64,000 nt of DNA. Source: a virus. The notes under the pieces are model-generated. The model was not told the origin of the DNA. It ran no database searches and worked only from the letters and a program-made list of their open reading frames with translations. Position numbers and translations under genes: made by a program. The DNA lies in the IMG/VR virus record IMGVR_UViG_3300031823_000003, positions 1-64,000 of that record; one strand, given 5' to 3'. Positions within the stretch are counted from its first letter, which is position 1. Every line of letters starts with the position of its first letter. Of the stretch, positions 8,689-17,652 are shown piece by piece.

Positions 8689-8823
8689 GTTCCGCCAAGC
8701 CGTGCTGTGGTGTATTCAGTTGCGCTCTGCCTGGTCGAGCCGCGCTAGGTTACGTTGTGCCGGGTCAGGTTAAGTCGTGTTTTGTATCGTTCGGTTTAGT
8801 CGAGCCGAGCTACGTCTCGCTGT
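8689..8823 (+). repeat. Pentamer array 2: 27 in-phase G-Y-Y-N-N units; candidate guide ncRNA
   Basis: 24 of 27 units start GYY and there is no phase slip (gttcc gccaa gccgt gctgt ... gtctc gctgt). Confidence 0.9.
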
Positions 8824-8851
8824 CGTGCCAAATTTAAAGTAGAATCACGCA

Positions 8852-9505
8852 ATGCCAAAAAGTGTACTCGAAAGCGGTAACAAAGACCATCTGTCCAATA
8901 CGAGCAACGGAGCGTCCAGTCAGATAGAAATGACCGAGCCTTATGTCGCGCATATCGACCTACAGGGCGTATGCCCGATCATTTTTCACCGCTGGAACGT
9001 GGAATCAGTCGAGGCCAAGTCCGCGTCAGCCAAAGGATCAAAAGCGAAAAATACGGACGACGTGGAATCGTTTGTCAGCCGCGACGACAAGGGAATCATC
9101 TGTGTTCCGGGAGAATATCTGCGGCAGGCCGTGCTGCATGCCGCCAAGTTCCGCCAAGACCCGAGATCGCCGCGCAAATCATTTTCGGACTTGGCGAAAG
9201 CTGGAATATTTTCTATCGACGAACTGGTGCCAATCACGAGTGCATCCGGCAAGCTAGCAAAGGAATGGGACTATCTGGATCGCCGCCGCATGACGGTACA
9301 GAGAAATTCGATTACCCGGTCGCGTCCGGCATTTCACGCGGGATGGCGGGCACAGTTTCACTTGCAGGTGGTGCTACCGGAATACATCAGCCCTTCGTTT
9401 TTGAATGACCTTATTCAACTCAGTGGGAAAGTTATCGGTTTAGCCGATTCCCGTCCTTCGTATGGGCGATTTCTTGTGGTAGGGTTCAAGACATCGGAAG
9501 TTTAA
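8852..9505 (+). CDS. Solo Cas7/RAMP-like protein
   Basis: N-terminal strand IDLQGVCPIIFH; VPGEYLRQAV (RAMP 'IPGSSLKG'-like); thumb region R..V......RSRP; W...F.L.V strand; C-terminal Gly-rich loop GKVIGLADSRPSYGRF. Confidence 0.75.
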   Translation: MPKSVLESGNKDHLSNTSNGASSQIEMTEPYVAHIDLQGVCPIIFHRWNVESVEAKSASAKGSKAKNTDDVESFVSRDDKGIICVPGEYLRQAVLHAAKFRQDPRSPRKSFSDLAKAGIFSIDELVPITSASGKLAKEWDYLDRRRMTVQRNSITRSRPAFHAGWRAQFHLQVVLPEYISPSFLNDLIQLSGKVIGLADSRPSYGRFLVVGFKTSEV

Positions 9506-9508
9506 ACA

Positions 9509-9728
9509 GGTGAGGCGAGCCGGGATTTGCCTTGCCGTGTTGAGTTCCGCCCGGATTCGTTCTGCTTCGCTAAGCTATGTTTAGTTGAGCATAGCCGAGA
9601 TACGCCGGGTTATGCTTGGCTCCGTTTCGATTGGCCTAGATTTACTTAGCTGAGTCGAGTTGTGCTGTGCTGTATTGAGTCCCGCTTTGACGGGCCGTGC
9701 TTGGCTGCGCCGAACTGCGTTGCGCTAT
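9509..9728 (+). repeat. Pentamer array 3: 44 in-phase G-(Y)-Y-N-N units; candidate guide ncRNA
   Basis: G at position 1 in 41/44 units, pyrimidine at position 3 in 43/44, no phase slip over 220 bp. Starts 4 nt after the RAMP stop. Confidence 0.92.
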
Positions 9729-10213
9729 TGACCTGCGGCTCCAGTGGTGCTAACTGCTGGGGCCGTTTGTTCAGCGGGACGGACCGCTGACCAGTCTCCA
9801 AAACAGTAATTGGTGATTGCGTCCGCCGCTATTTTACGGACAAAACTATCAAACGGCTCCCCGGCGGATTCAGCCCAAGTTTGCATCGGCTCGCAGGCTT
9901 CCAAGGGGATTTCTATTTCGACCAGCAGACCGCCGCCCGGACCCTTGCGCGGCCCGGTAGATATACCCTGCGATGCGGCCAATTTTCGGACTTTGGCGAG
10001 CTGGTCCGGGGATAGTCCGGAGATGAACGCGCTGAGATCGGCGGACACAGTAGGATCAGTCTTGGCGATTGAAGCGCCTGATGCCGCTGCCTGCTGACCT
10101 GTGCTCGGCGGATCGGCGAGTGGATTAGTATCTGGTCTGTCGCCCGGTACTATATTCGCAGGCGTACCTGTGCCCGTGCTCGCGCTTGTGTTCGTGCTCG
10201 TGTCCGTACTCAT
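9725..10213 (-). CDS. Hypothetical protein
   Basis: GAGGTG RBS before the ATG at 10213 (MSTDTST...); the longer ORF-track start overlaps the endolysin. Confidence 0.65.
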   Translation of the reverse strand: MSTDTSTNTSASTGTGTPANIVPGDRPDTNPLADPPSTGQQAAASGASIAKTDPTVSADLSAFISGLSPDQLAKVRKLAASQGISTGPRKGPGGGLLVEIEIPLEACEPMQTWAESAGEPFDSFVRKIAADAITNYCFGDWSAVRPAEQTAPAVSTTGAAGQ

Positions 10214-10251
10214 AGTCTCACCTCTTCGTAGCTGCGCTCTGAATTGGCGTT

Positions 10252-10740
10252 TCAAATCAGTCCTACTTCCTGCCACACGGCTTGTATGCCGCCGTCCATA
10301 AACAATTGCCGCAGATTGTCGTCTGGCTCGCCTTCCGGCCAAGGCCCGGTGAGCTGAAAATGCGGCGCGTCCGGAAAGGTCCGCCACAATACACCTGAAT
10401 CCAGTCCCAGACTGATACCCTTGGCCTCCATACTTTTCCATACCGGGTGGGATGAATTCCAGTCAGGGAAGTATGGCTTATCGGGTGCGAACTGGGATGG
10501 CACACAATCAACGGCCAAGCCGTAATTGTGATAACTGTATCCGCCTTGAACGTTGGTGACAATGTTACCCGGAGCGGTTCTGCCTTGAGTGTACAGCGTG
10601 TCCTGCTCTGCCCATGTCCGCATACCCTGTACGACGCGGATATACACGTTATCCTGCTCCAGCATGGCGGCGAGAGTGTGAGTTTTAGCGGCTAGTGCCG
10701 GACATACCTGTCGCAATCGGGCTTCGGAGACGGCATCCAT
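10252..10740 (-). CDS. Endolysin, M15 family L-Ala-D-Glu peptidase
   Basis: RTWAEQDTLYTQGRT..GNIVTN..GGYSYHNYGLAVD...DAPHFQ. Confidence 0.92.
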   Translation of the reverse strand: MDAVSEARLRQVCPALAAKTHTLAAMLEQDNVYIRVVQGMRTWAEQDTLYTQGRTAPGNIVTNVQGGYSYHNYGLAVDCVPSQFAPDKPYFPDWNSSHPVWKSMEAKGISLGLDSGVLWRTFPDAPHFQLTGPWPEGEPDDNLRQLFMDGGIQAVWQEVGLI

Positions 10741-10776
10741 AGTTGATAGTCTGTATTCGCGGTTCGCGGCTCGCGT

Positions 10777-11241
10777 CTATGATACACCCGAAGCGCCAGC
10801 AGCCGATGATTCAGCCGATGATTCAGATTCGGTCTTTATCGGCCTCGATTTAGCTGGCCTGTTCTTTGCGCATGTCCTGCATGCTATCCCCTGGCGGCCC
10901 GGTCTGTGGTACGTGTTCTCCGGTGTGTACTCGTGGCCGTGCGGGCAGTGAGTCGGCGGCGCAGGCGGCACATGCTTTCCGATATGGCTGTGTGGCGCTG
11001 CGGACCGCGCTGGCTTTATATCGCCACTATCCACTTGTAGAAACCACAGAGCGGCGGACTGCAATGCATCGGCGAATTCCGTGGGAGTGTGATTATGGCT
11101 GAGCACCGTGATCGTGCTGAGGATGCAGTGCCCGGACGAGGCTTGCTGAGGCGACGGCGTGTAGTGGAAACATTCCAGTATCCCGCTGATAGTAGTAAAG
11201 TAACGCACGTCAGCGATGCTCATTTCTCTGACGGCTGTCAA
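10777..11241 (-). CDS. Hypothetical protein with phage Zn-finger (THCPHGHEYTPENT...CRTC)
   Basis: Motif typical of phage HNH-associated Zn fingers. Confidence 0.65.
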   Translation of the reverse strand: MTAVREMSIADVRYFTTISGILECFHYTPSPQQASSGHCILSTITVLSHNHTPTEFADALQSAALWFLQVDSGDIKPARSAAPHSHIGKHVPPAPPTHCPHGHEYTPENTYHRPGRQGIACRTCAKNRPAKSRPIKTESESSAESSAAGASGVS

Positions 11242-11551
11242 TGATCTCTACCCGGTCCCGTACCTCCTTGATGCTGTCCTGAATCTGGTCCAGCCGCTTG
11301 TTTAGTTCCGTGTCCCGAAGTAAATGCTCGCTGCGCGGCACCAGTTGCGTCTCCAGAGCTTCCACGCGCCGCGTAATCTCTGTGTGCTCGCTCCGCCGCA
11401 CCACGTCCTTGGTTTGGTCTTCGAGATAATTGACACGCGACTGGAGTACAGCGAAACTGGCAATCTGTCCGCCGAGCAGAATTACGACTGTGATGACGGT
11501 AGCCAGATGCCGGTCAACAAAACCGGTGCCGTTTCTACTTCTCATCTTCAC
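11210..11551 (-). CDS. Single-TM coiled-coil protein (lysis module candidate)
   Basis: LATVITVVILLGG TM followed by heptad repeats. Confidence 0.65.
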   Translation of the reverse strand: MKMRSRNGTGFVDRHLATVITVVILLGGQIASFAVLQSRVNYLEDQTKDVVRRSEHTEITRRVEALETQLVPRSEHLLRDTELNKRLDQIQDSIKEVRDRVEIIDSRQRNEHR

Positions 11552-11756
11552 CCGTACCTGTGTATCCTCCGACTGCCACCCAAGTCACGTTGACCGCCTG
11601 TTCGCCATACACAGGTGAAGGAACAGTAGTAACCGGACCTGTGTATCCCTGCGCCGACAGGTCAGATAATGCCTGCGCGTATTCGCTGGGATCGGTCATG
11701 CCTTTGGTTGAGAACGCCGACCACTTATTTGGCGGGCCTCCGGGTTGTGTGCTCAT
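11535..11756 (-). CDS. Small hypothetical protein
   Basis: ATG overlaps the upstream stop (ATGA). Confidence 0.5.
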   Translation of the reverse strand: MSTQPGGPPNKWSAFSTKGMTDPSEYAQALSDLSAQGYTGPVTTVPSPVYGEQAVNVTWVAVGGYTGTGEDEK

Positions 11757-12409
11757 TGATCTGTCCTCGCATATTTGAAATTGTTGTTCCTGTCCTTGAA
11801 CCAGAATCCGCAGTCGGCGCGCAGAATGCTCTTGCACACGCCGCGCTCCTCCCATACCGCATAGTCGGCGATGTACCCGATTGCCTGGGTCAGTATTCCT
11901 GTCGTATCGACGCCATTATGCTGGTCAGCCGCACAGGGACGAAACGATCCCCCCTGTGGTTCTTCGTCGCTGATGTAGGTAAAATCGCCGTCATTTTGCT
12001 GTTCCAAAATCTTTACGTGGTGTTCGATTACTGTATCGGCTTGGTATCTGAATAACTGAGTTTCAAGCCCCTTTATCCGCTGATGATCCCTGAATGCCAT
12101 CCCTCCCCACAGTGCCCAACTGGCGGCGATTACAGCCAGCAGGAGAGTGCTCCATATACGGGAGTACCCTCTGCGGTCGTCGGCGCGGCTGTCGGGTGGC
12201 TTCCCGGTTAGTTCTCTCAATCTCGCCATCGCCTCTCTAGCCGCCTGAGTCTCCTGTGCCTCGGTCGGGCGGTATCGGATCAATCCCAGCCTTCTCGCAT
12301 AGCTGGTTAATTTTTGCCTCCAGAGCCGCCACGCGGCCAGTGAGAGAAAAAATAAGATAGCAAAGTCCGCCAACCACCCACTTAGTTCCGACATTGAAAC
12401 TCTGAGCAT
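11753..12409 (-). CDS. Two-TM membrane protein with soluble C-terminal domain
   Basis: Two hydrophobic helices; GGAGAG upstream. Confidence 0.65.
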   Translation of the reverse strand: MLRVSMSELSGWLADFAILFFLSLAAWRLWRQKLTSYARRLGLIRYRPTEAQETQAAREAMARLRELTGKPPDSRADDRRGYSRIWSTLLLAVIAASWALWGGMAFRDHQRIKGLETQLFRYQADTVIEHHVKILEQQNDGDFTYISDEEPQGGSFRPCAADQHNGVDTTGILTQAIGYIADYAVWEERGVCKSILRADCGFWFKDRNNNFKYARTDQ

Positions 12410-12421
12410 CCACGGCTCTCC

Positions 12422-12910
12422 TTACTGCGCGGGCGGTGGAACGATTGTCGTGGTAGTCGTCTGTAGCTGCGTGACCTTAGTCGCCTGTTCCACTACTTGA
12501 GACTGAACTACGGCCTTTTGCGGCAATGGAGGCGGCATCTGCGGCCATATATCCCTCAATACTGGTATCTTCACAACACCGAAATCACCCAGCACATCTC
12601 CGCATAATCCCATCATGCAGGTAACCGGAGCGAACTTCACCATCAGTTCGAGAGTGGAAGCGATGCTCTCCCAGCCGAATGCGTGCAGTACCGCCGGGGC
12701 CAGTTGCGGATTAAGCAGCATCTGGAATATTGCGTTCTCGGCTACGAACCGGAATAGCAATGGCCCCCATGCGCGTTTAATGAAGTCGATGTACCCTGTC
12801 GCCACAGGGCGCGGCCCTCGCACCATGAAATGCGCCCGCATGGACATATACGTCAATTCTCCGACAATGAACCAGAGTGTCAGCCAGATGCCGCGAGTCA
12901 TGTCTATCAC
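12422..12910 (-). CDS. Multi-pass membrane protein (holin candidate)
   Basis: Hydrophobic segments; near the endolysin. Confidence 0.55.
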   Translation of the reverse strand: MIDMTRGIWLTLWFIVGELTYMSMRAHFMVRGPRPVATGYIDFIKRAWGPLLFRFVAENAIFQMLLNPQLAPAVLHAFGWESIASTLELMVKFAPVTCMMGLCGDVLGDFGVVKIPVLRDIWPQMPPPLPQKAVVQSQVVEQATKVTQLQTTTTTIVPPPAQ

Positions 12911-13107
12911 CAGACACCCAATCCAGACCAGTTTAGCAGCATAAGCAGCAGAACGATAAACACGATGATGCCTAGAATCACCATGAGTGGCTGAGGAATT
13001 GCTATTCCCGCTAGGGTGCAGAGCCAGCGCACACCGATAATCAGGATTGCCAGAACGCAGAACAGAATGAGCAGGCCCACGGCGAAGTGGATGAAGTTGA
13101 AGGACAT
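12907..13107 (-). CDS. Small two-TM protein (holin candidate)
   Basis: Two strong TM helices; TATACT-N6-ATG at 13107. Confidence 0.65.
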   Translation of the reverse strand: MSFNFIHFAVGLLILFCVLAILIIGVRWLCTLAGIAIPQPLMVILGIIVFIVLLLMLLNWSGLGVW

Positions 13108-13171
13108 GCCGCGAGTATATTGCAATGTGCCAAATGCTATTGGAATCAGGGTTGCCATTGTATTAGTCCTC

Positions 13172-15091
13172 CTACGATGCTGGTACGTGGCCAACGTTCA
13201 CCGTCAGCGCCTTGCACACCTTGACTCCGGATTTCGCCGTTACCATCACCGCGAGCACGTGTTGACCCTTGAGCGCGGGTGGTATGGCAAACGCAAATGG
13301 ACCACTACCAGTGATTAGTTGACCGCTCGCAGCCCAGTCCATCAGCAGAGTAGAACTGGCGATGCCGCTGGGATCGGAGGCGGCGACTTGGACTGTGCTG
13401 CCGCTATCGGAGGGATCGGAGGCGGCGCTGAACAACACGTTCGGGTAACCCTTCTGGTAGACGGTATCGACTGTCCCGTTCACGTCCGCGCCCGACGACT
13501 GGTACTGCTGGAATGTCTTGGCGGCATTACGCCCGGAATTGTCGTTGTCGTACATGAACCGGGGCACAGTTGTATTCGCCGCGTGGTACATGTTGAAGTC
13601 CGGCGTGTGATTGACCGAGAAAAACTTGGGTTGCCTGCCTATATCCCCCTGCATATATCCGGCGCTTCCGGTCGGCCCGTCGAATATCACGGTGTTGTGA
13701 TGGAACCAGTTCCCGATGCTGATGACGGGCTGCCCCTGCATTGGTGGTGCCGCGTTGTTGCCGCGCGGGGATGCGAACACGATCCATGAATGGTTGACGG
13801 GGCCGTTATCGACTTCGATCACGTTGCAGTAGCAGTTGACTCCACTACTGTTAGCGCTCACAATCTGGTTATTCGGTCCCTGCGTAGTGCCTGCGCCATT
13901 GAAGCGAACAGTGTTGTTTCGCACCGTGAATTCGCCATTGCTGATCTCGATGGCAATCCCGGCTGAGGCTGATCCGCTGCCCGCCAAGTCGGCTTCATAC
14001 TCCACAATATTGTCTTCGATCAGCCCGCCGTAGCTGTTGTCGTCGAGATGAATCCCTTGGCCGTTGTCGTGATGGATATGATTGCCATGGATCACCGGGT
14101 ATGCGGTGTTGCCGAGCTTGATCCCGCCCGCCTGCCAGCCCGGCGCGGCATGAGCGTAATTGTTCAGCGTGATTGTGTTGCCTTGGATCAATAGTCCAGA
14201 GGGAGTGATATTGTTTCCGGCAGGTAGACCGCCACTGATACCGATATCGCCATTGCGGACGATCTGGGAGCTGGTGATCCGCATGCCGAACCCGACGCGG
14301 ATGCCAGCGCTGTGATTGAGCGTGATATAGGAATTGTGGATGATCCAGTTCGCGCCGCAGGCGGGCGTGGCGTTGAGACCGTAATGAGAGTCGATCCCGC
14401 CGCCTTGGCCGAGTTGCGCAGCGAACTCTCTGACGGTGAGGTTCTGGATGGTGACGCCATTTGCGCAATTAGGCTGGAACACGGTGCTGGTCGAGCTTAA
14501 TTCGACGGAGTGACCGGTCGGATTCTGGTGAAAATAGATAACGTGGCGGGCGTAATCAAACCACCATGTTGCGGCGGCCAGTGCAGGCAGGGTAGCGGAG
14601 TTAACATGGCGCAATGGCAGGCCATCAACGAACAGGTCTTCCGGGTAAATGCACCCGGACCAGCCGGAGTCGCAGTCGGCAACCGGAGCTTGGGGGCCGT
14701 TCTGAGGCATGTTCGGGACCGACCAGTTGCCGTGAGCATCGGGTCCGGAACAGGGATGGGACTGGCCGCACAGGGGCACACCGCCGCTGAGCACGGATGG
14801 ACAGGCGGCGGCAAGTGCGTTGCAGGTAGACATGCCGATGAACACCTGGTTGCTTTTGGCGGCGATCGGCGCGGACAGGCGGTTGACGCCGGAGATATGA
14901 AATGTGTCACCGGGCGCAGATAGAGACTCGGCATGCGCCAGTGTCAGACACGGCGCGGCGGCGGAGGTGCAGGCGTTGCTGTCTTTGCCGGAGGAATTGA
15001 TGTAGTAGTCAGTAGCGGGGGCGAGGCACGGCAACAGGACAGCGGCGGTAGTGGCAAACAGGGACAGGCGTAGTCGCATCCGTATACGCAT
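13172..15091 (-). CDS. Secreted right-handed beta-helix (pectin lyase-like) protein with C-terminal Ig-like domain; possible depolymerase
   Basis: Signal peptide, YYINSSGKDSN..T...PC.T motif, parallel beta-helix repeats, ASDPSGI Ig-like end. Confidence 0.8.
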   Translation of the reverse strand: MRIRMRLRLSLFATTAAVLLPCLAPATDYYINSSGKDSNACTSAAAPCLTLAHAESLSAPGDTFHISGVNRLSAPIAAKSNQVFIGMSTCNALAAACPSVLSGGVPLCGQSHPCSGPDAHGNWSVPNMPQNGPQAPVADCDSGWSGCIYPEDLFVDGLPLRHVNSATLPALAAATWWFDYARHVIYFHQNPTGHSVELSSTSTVFQPNCANGVTIQNLTVREFAAQLGQGGGIDSHYGLNATPACGANWIIHNSYITLNHSAGIRVGFGMRITSSQIVRNGDIGISGGLPAGNNITPSGLLIQGNTITLNNYAHAAPGWQAGGIKLGNTAYPVIHGNHIHHDNGQGIHLDDNSYGGLIEDNIVEYEADLAGSGSASAGIAIEISNGEFTVRNNTVRFNGAGTTQGPNNQIVSANSSGVNCYCNVIEVDNGPVNHSWIVFASPRGNNAAPPMQGQPVISIGNWFHHNTVIFDGPTGSAGYMQGDIGRQPKFFSVNHTPDFNMYHAANTTVPRFMYDNDNSGRNAAKTFQQYQSSGADVNGTVDTVYQKGYPNVLFSAASDPSDSGSTVQVAASDPSGIASSTLLMDWAASGQLITGSGPFAFAIPPALKGQHVLAVMVTAKSGVKVCKALTVNVGHVPAS

Positions 15092-15163
15092 ACGCGCATT
15101 GTATACGGCGGGTCAACTACCGTGCCATAAGCCTAAGGATAAACAACGTTTAATCCGGACCGA

Positions 15164-15397
15164 TCATCTTGCTGTGATTGCCACAATAGTGTCAGCAGTG
15201 TGATCTCCCCCAAGCTGCTGAATCTGATTGGCTACTGTAATAGTGTGCTCTAACACACTTGGCTCCGAGTCGGTTCCGTTCAGGATTACAGCGACCACAA
15301 CGTCACCAACCTTGGTTCCGGTTACGCTAATCGGACCGGGTCCGTTGATGCCTGTGACGGTCGCCCGATGAAGAGTCGCTGATACGAAAGTGTTCAT
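15164..15397 (-). CDS. Small beta-rich structural-like protein
   Basis: AAGGAGA RBS; VTGTKVGDVVV. Confidence 0.65.
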   Translation of the reverse strand: MNTFVSATLHRATVTGINGPGPISVTGTKVGDVVVAVILNGTDSEPSVLEHTITVANQIQQLGGDHTADTIVAITAR

Positions 15398-15411
15398 TTA
15401 ATTTATCTCCT

Positions 15412-17022
15412 TCATTTGTGGAATCCATAGCAAGTGACGCTGGTGAATCCGCCAGAATTAGTTGTTCCACGGTTGTCTATATTGACGGTTACGGCGGCAG
15501 CTGTTTGGGTACCGCTGTTCGGATAGAGAAACGCCGGCTGTGGGTTGCCTGTCACAGGACTAATTCCAGAACACACCACGTAATAAACGTTGTCCACAAA
15601 CGGGGAGTCCCATGTCACGGTGACTGTGCATGGCGTTCCGAGACTGGACGTACATCCGGCGACATTTTGCACCTGTTGTGTTCCCGATCCCGCGCTCGCC
15701 GTACACCATGAATTCGTACCGTCGGCATGACACTCGGTTGTCGAATTACCTGTAAGCGAGAACGCTGGCTTACCGTTAACGTTTCCGCTGTCCCCGGCAA
15801 TAGTCAGGATATTTGCAGTGTTATCAGTGCGCGTGATCGACCAGTATGCGCCAAGCACACTATGCGGGAGAGTGATCGTGAATGACCCTCCGGCGGCGGT
15901 CGCGTGAATGATGCAGTCGTTGGAGGCGACGGTGTACGTAGTAGTGACCGTGCTATTGATTGGACAGTGCCAGCCGATGAGATTGACAGTATTAGACCCC
16001 CCGCCTATGACTCCGGCGGTGAAGGCGTTTACGTTCGTCCATACATTCGACCCGTTGAGCAGTGGAATCTGGGAAGCAGGTAGAGTAGTGGCCGCAATAT
16101 CGGAATTGGCATTGGACTGCAACAGTATGCCGTTTGACCATGATCCGGTGGCGGTGGCCAGTTTGGTCCCGGCGGACCCCTGGAATCCGGTGGCGAACTG
16201 CGAGCCGTTGAGGCTGAAACTGGGCGCGGACAGGCTGCCGCTGAGAGTAGTAACACCTATAACAGAGAGTGACGTGCCGACTGAGAGTGATGACGCTAGT
16301 GTAGCCGCCCCTGTGATACCGAGAGTGCCTGTGGCTGACAGATTGCCCGTGATGGCGACGTTGCCGTTAAAGTTGGTCCCGTTCAGAGTGCCGGGGATCA
16401 TGTTGGCGACGAGATTACAGAATGCCGGAGTAGTGGATGACCCGGTACAGTTGGCGAATACGTTGTATGGGCCTTGGCTGCCGAAGTCGATCCCGTTGGA
16501 TTGGCGGAACATGGGGAGGCCGGGACCACCGAGCGGGGAGCCGAATACCAGACCGGGGGACTGGGATGCAAAGGTGACGTTGATGAGGCATGCAGTCGAG
16601 CACGACGAACTGGATACGTTGAACACCGTGCTCGGCATGTTCAGGGTGACGGAAGTGACGGTGCCAGCGACAGCCTCCATGAGGTATGAGTAAATTACGC
16701 CGTTGATCGGAGTGACTTGGACGATTACAGGGCCGGGAGTCACCCATAGCGACGTGTTTCCGTATTGGTCTGTAGTGGCTGGATTACCCGTTGATATTGT
16801 CAGCGCCGGATCAAGAAATAGTGACGACAGGGGAGAGCATGGCGTGCCGCTGCCTGTAACCGGGCATACGCGGACAGATGCAAACGCCGCTGGACCTCCG
16901 GTCCCGGTGGGTGGCGCTGGCTGAATGACTTGTAAACTGATCGATCCGCCTTGAGCGTGCGTAAAAACGGGAGCGCCCCAGATCAATGCGATCAGGATAA
17001 GGAGATGAGCTCTTAATCGCAT
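15412..17022 (-). CDS. Fibre/adhesin-like protein with Sec signal peptide
   Basis: GAGGGAGGA RBS; MRLRAHLLILIALIWGAPVFTHAQ; G/T/S-rich repeats; C-terminal VTWDSPF...Y.V lectin-like end. Confidence 0.75.
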   Translation of the reverse strand: MRLRAHLLILIALIWGAPVFTHAQGGSISLQVIQPAPPTGTGGPAAFASVRVCPVTGSGTPCSPLSSLFLDPALTISTGNPATTDQYGNTSLWVTPGPVIVQVTPINGVIYSYLMEAVAGTVTSVTLNMPSTVFNVSSSSCSTACLINVTFASQSPGLVFGSPLGGPGLPMFRQSNGIDFGSQGPYNVFANCTGSSTTPAFCNLVANMIPGTLNGTNFNGNVAITGNLSATGTLGITGAATLASSLSVGTSLSVIGVTTLSGSLSAPSFSLNGSQFATGFQGSAGTKLATATGSWSNGILLQSNANSDIAATTLPASQIPLLNGSNVWTNVNAFTAGVIGGGSNTVNLIGWHCPINSTVTTTYTVASNDCIIHATAAGGSFTITLPHSVLGAYWSITRTDNTANILTIAGDSGNVNGKPAFSLTGNSTTECHADGTNSWCTASAGSGTQQVQNVAGCTSSLGTPCTVTVTWDSPFVDNVYYVVCSGISPVTGNPQPAFLYPNSGTQTAAAVTVNIDNRGTTNSGGFTSVTCYGFHK

Positions 17023-17110
17023 TGGTCCTCCCTCACCGCGACGCCCCCAAGTTGATAGTGTCGCCATCATCGACACATACCCACGCTCACACTGATATTT
17101 ATATCCGCAT

Positions 17111-17383
17111 TCATGCGCACTTGCCCTTGTGGATCGCGCGGTTGACCGTGCCATCGGGACATTCCCTGAACTCGAACCGCGCATCCGTCCACGGAAGAAA
17201 GTTACCACATTTCGCGCATAAACTATTCTGTTGGCGGCGTTGCTCGGCTAGGGCATCGCGTTGGGCGGCGCGGCCATAGACATTGTGCATGAACCGGGTC
17301 GTGGATGACCTGCCGTCGATGGAGGTACGGCGGGTGGTGCGGGGAGGCTTGGGCCGGATGAAACGTTTGCGGGCAGAACGCAT
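17111..17383 (-). CDS. Small basic Zn-binding/HNH-like protein
   Basis: QQNSLCAKCG...HKGKC; TACAAT upstream. Confidence 0.45.
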   Translation of the reverse strand: MRSARKRFIRPKPPRTTRRTSIDGRSSTTRFMHNVYGRAAQRDALAEQRRQQNSLCAKCGNFLPWTDARFEFRECPDGTVNRAIHKGKCA

Positions 17384-17403
17384 GACAGAGTGATTGTATA
17401 CCG

Positions 17404-17628
17404 TCAGGCAATACGCTCGCCGGGAGACAGTGGAAGGATCGCCGATTTCAAATAGTCGGTCGCCGATAACGCCTGACTGAACCCGTCCGCCGTGTTCTCG
17501 TCGATCCCGGTGTAGCGGTATACGGCGTCCTGATACCGGAATTGTACGAGCAATGTCTGAGTGTCCGGGTCATAGGAGATAGCGACGATATTCCCCGAAG
17601 GCGGTGCGCTGATGATGCGGAGAGCCAT
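17404..17628 (-). CDS. KTSC domain protein
   Basis: SGNIVAISYD.DTQTL.VQF....YRY.GI.......A.S...Y. Confidence 0.85.
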   Translation of the reverse strand: MALRIISAPPSGNIVAISYDPDTQTLLVQFRYQDAVYRYTGIDENTADGFSQALSATDYLKSAILPLSPGERIA

Positions 17629-17652
17629 GCGGCACGATTATAATTTCAGTCT

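Noticed and set aside
9674-9723. The NNs of ten late array 3 units (9674-9723), read as codon positions 1-2, give E-P-x-x-x-W-A-E-x-A, like EPMQTWAESA in the adjacent gene
   Set aside because: 6 of 10 dinucleotide matches is expected by chance given the many alignments possible. Worth retesting only against homologues in related phages.
8299-9728. Calling the arrays a CRISPR array or a microsatellite
   Set aside because: There are no 25-40-bp direct repeats with spacers, and the units are not identical; only positions 1-3 of each pentamer are constrained.
10214-10441. N-terminal extension of the 9725-10441 ORF
   Set aside because: It overlaps the endolysin, and a good RBS supports the ATG at 10213.
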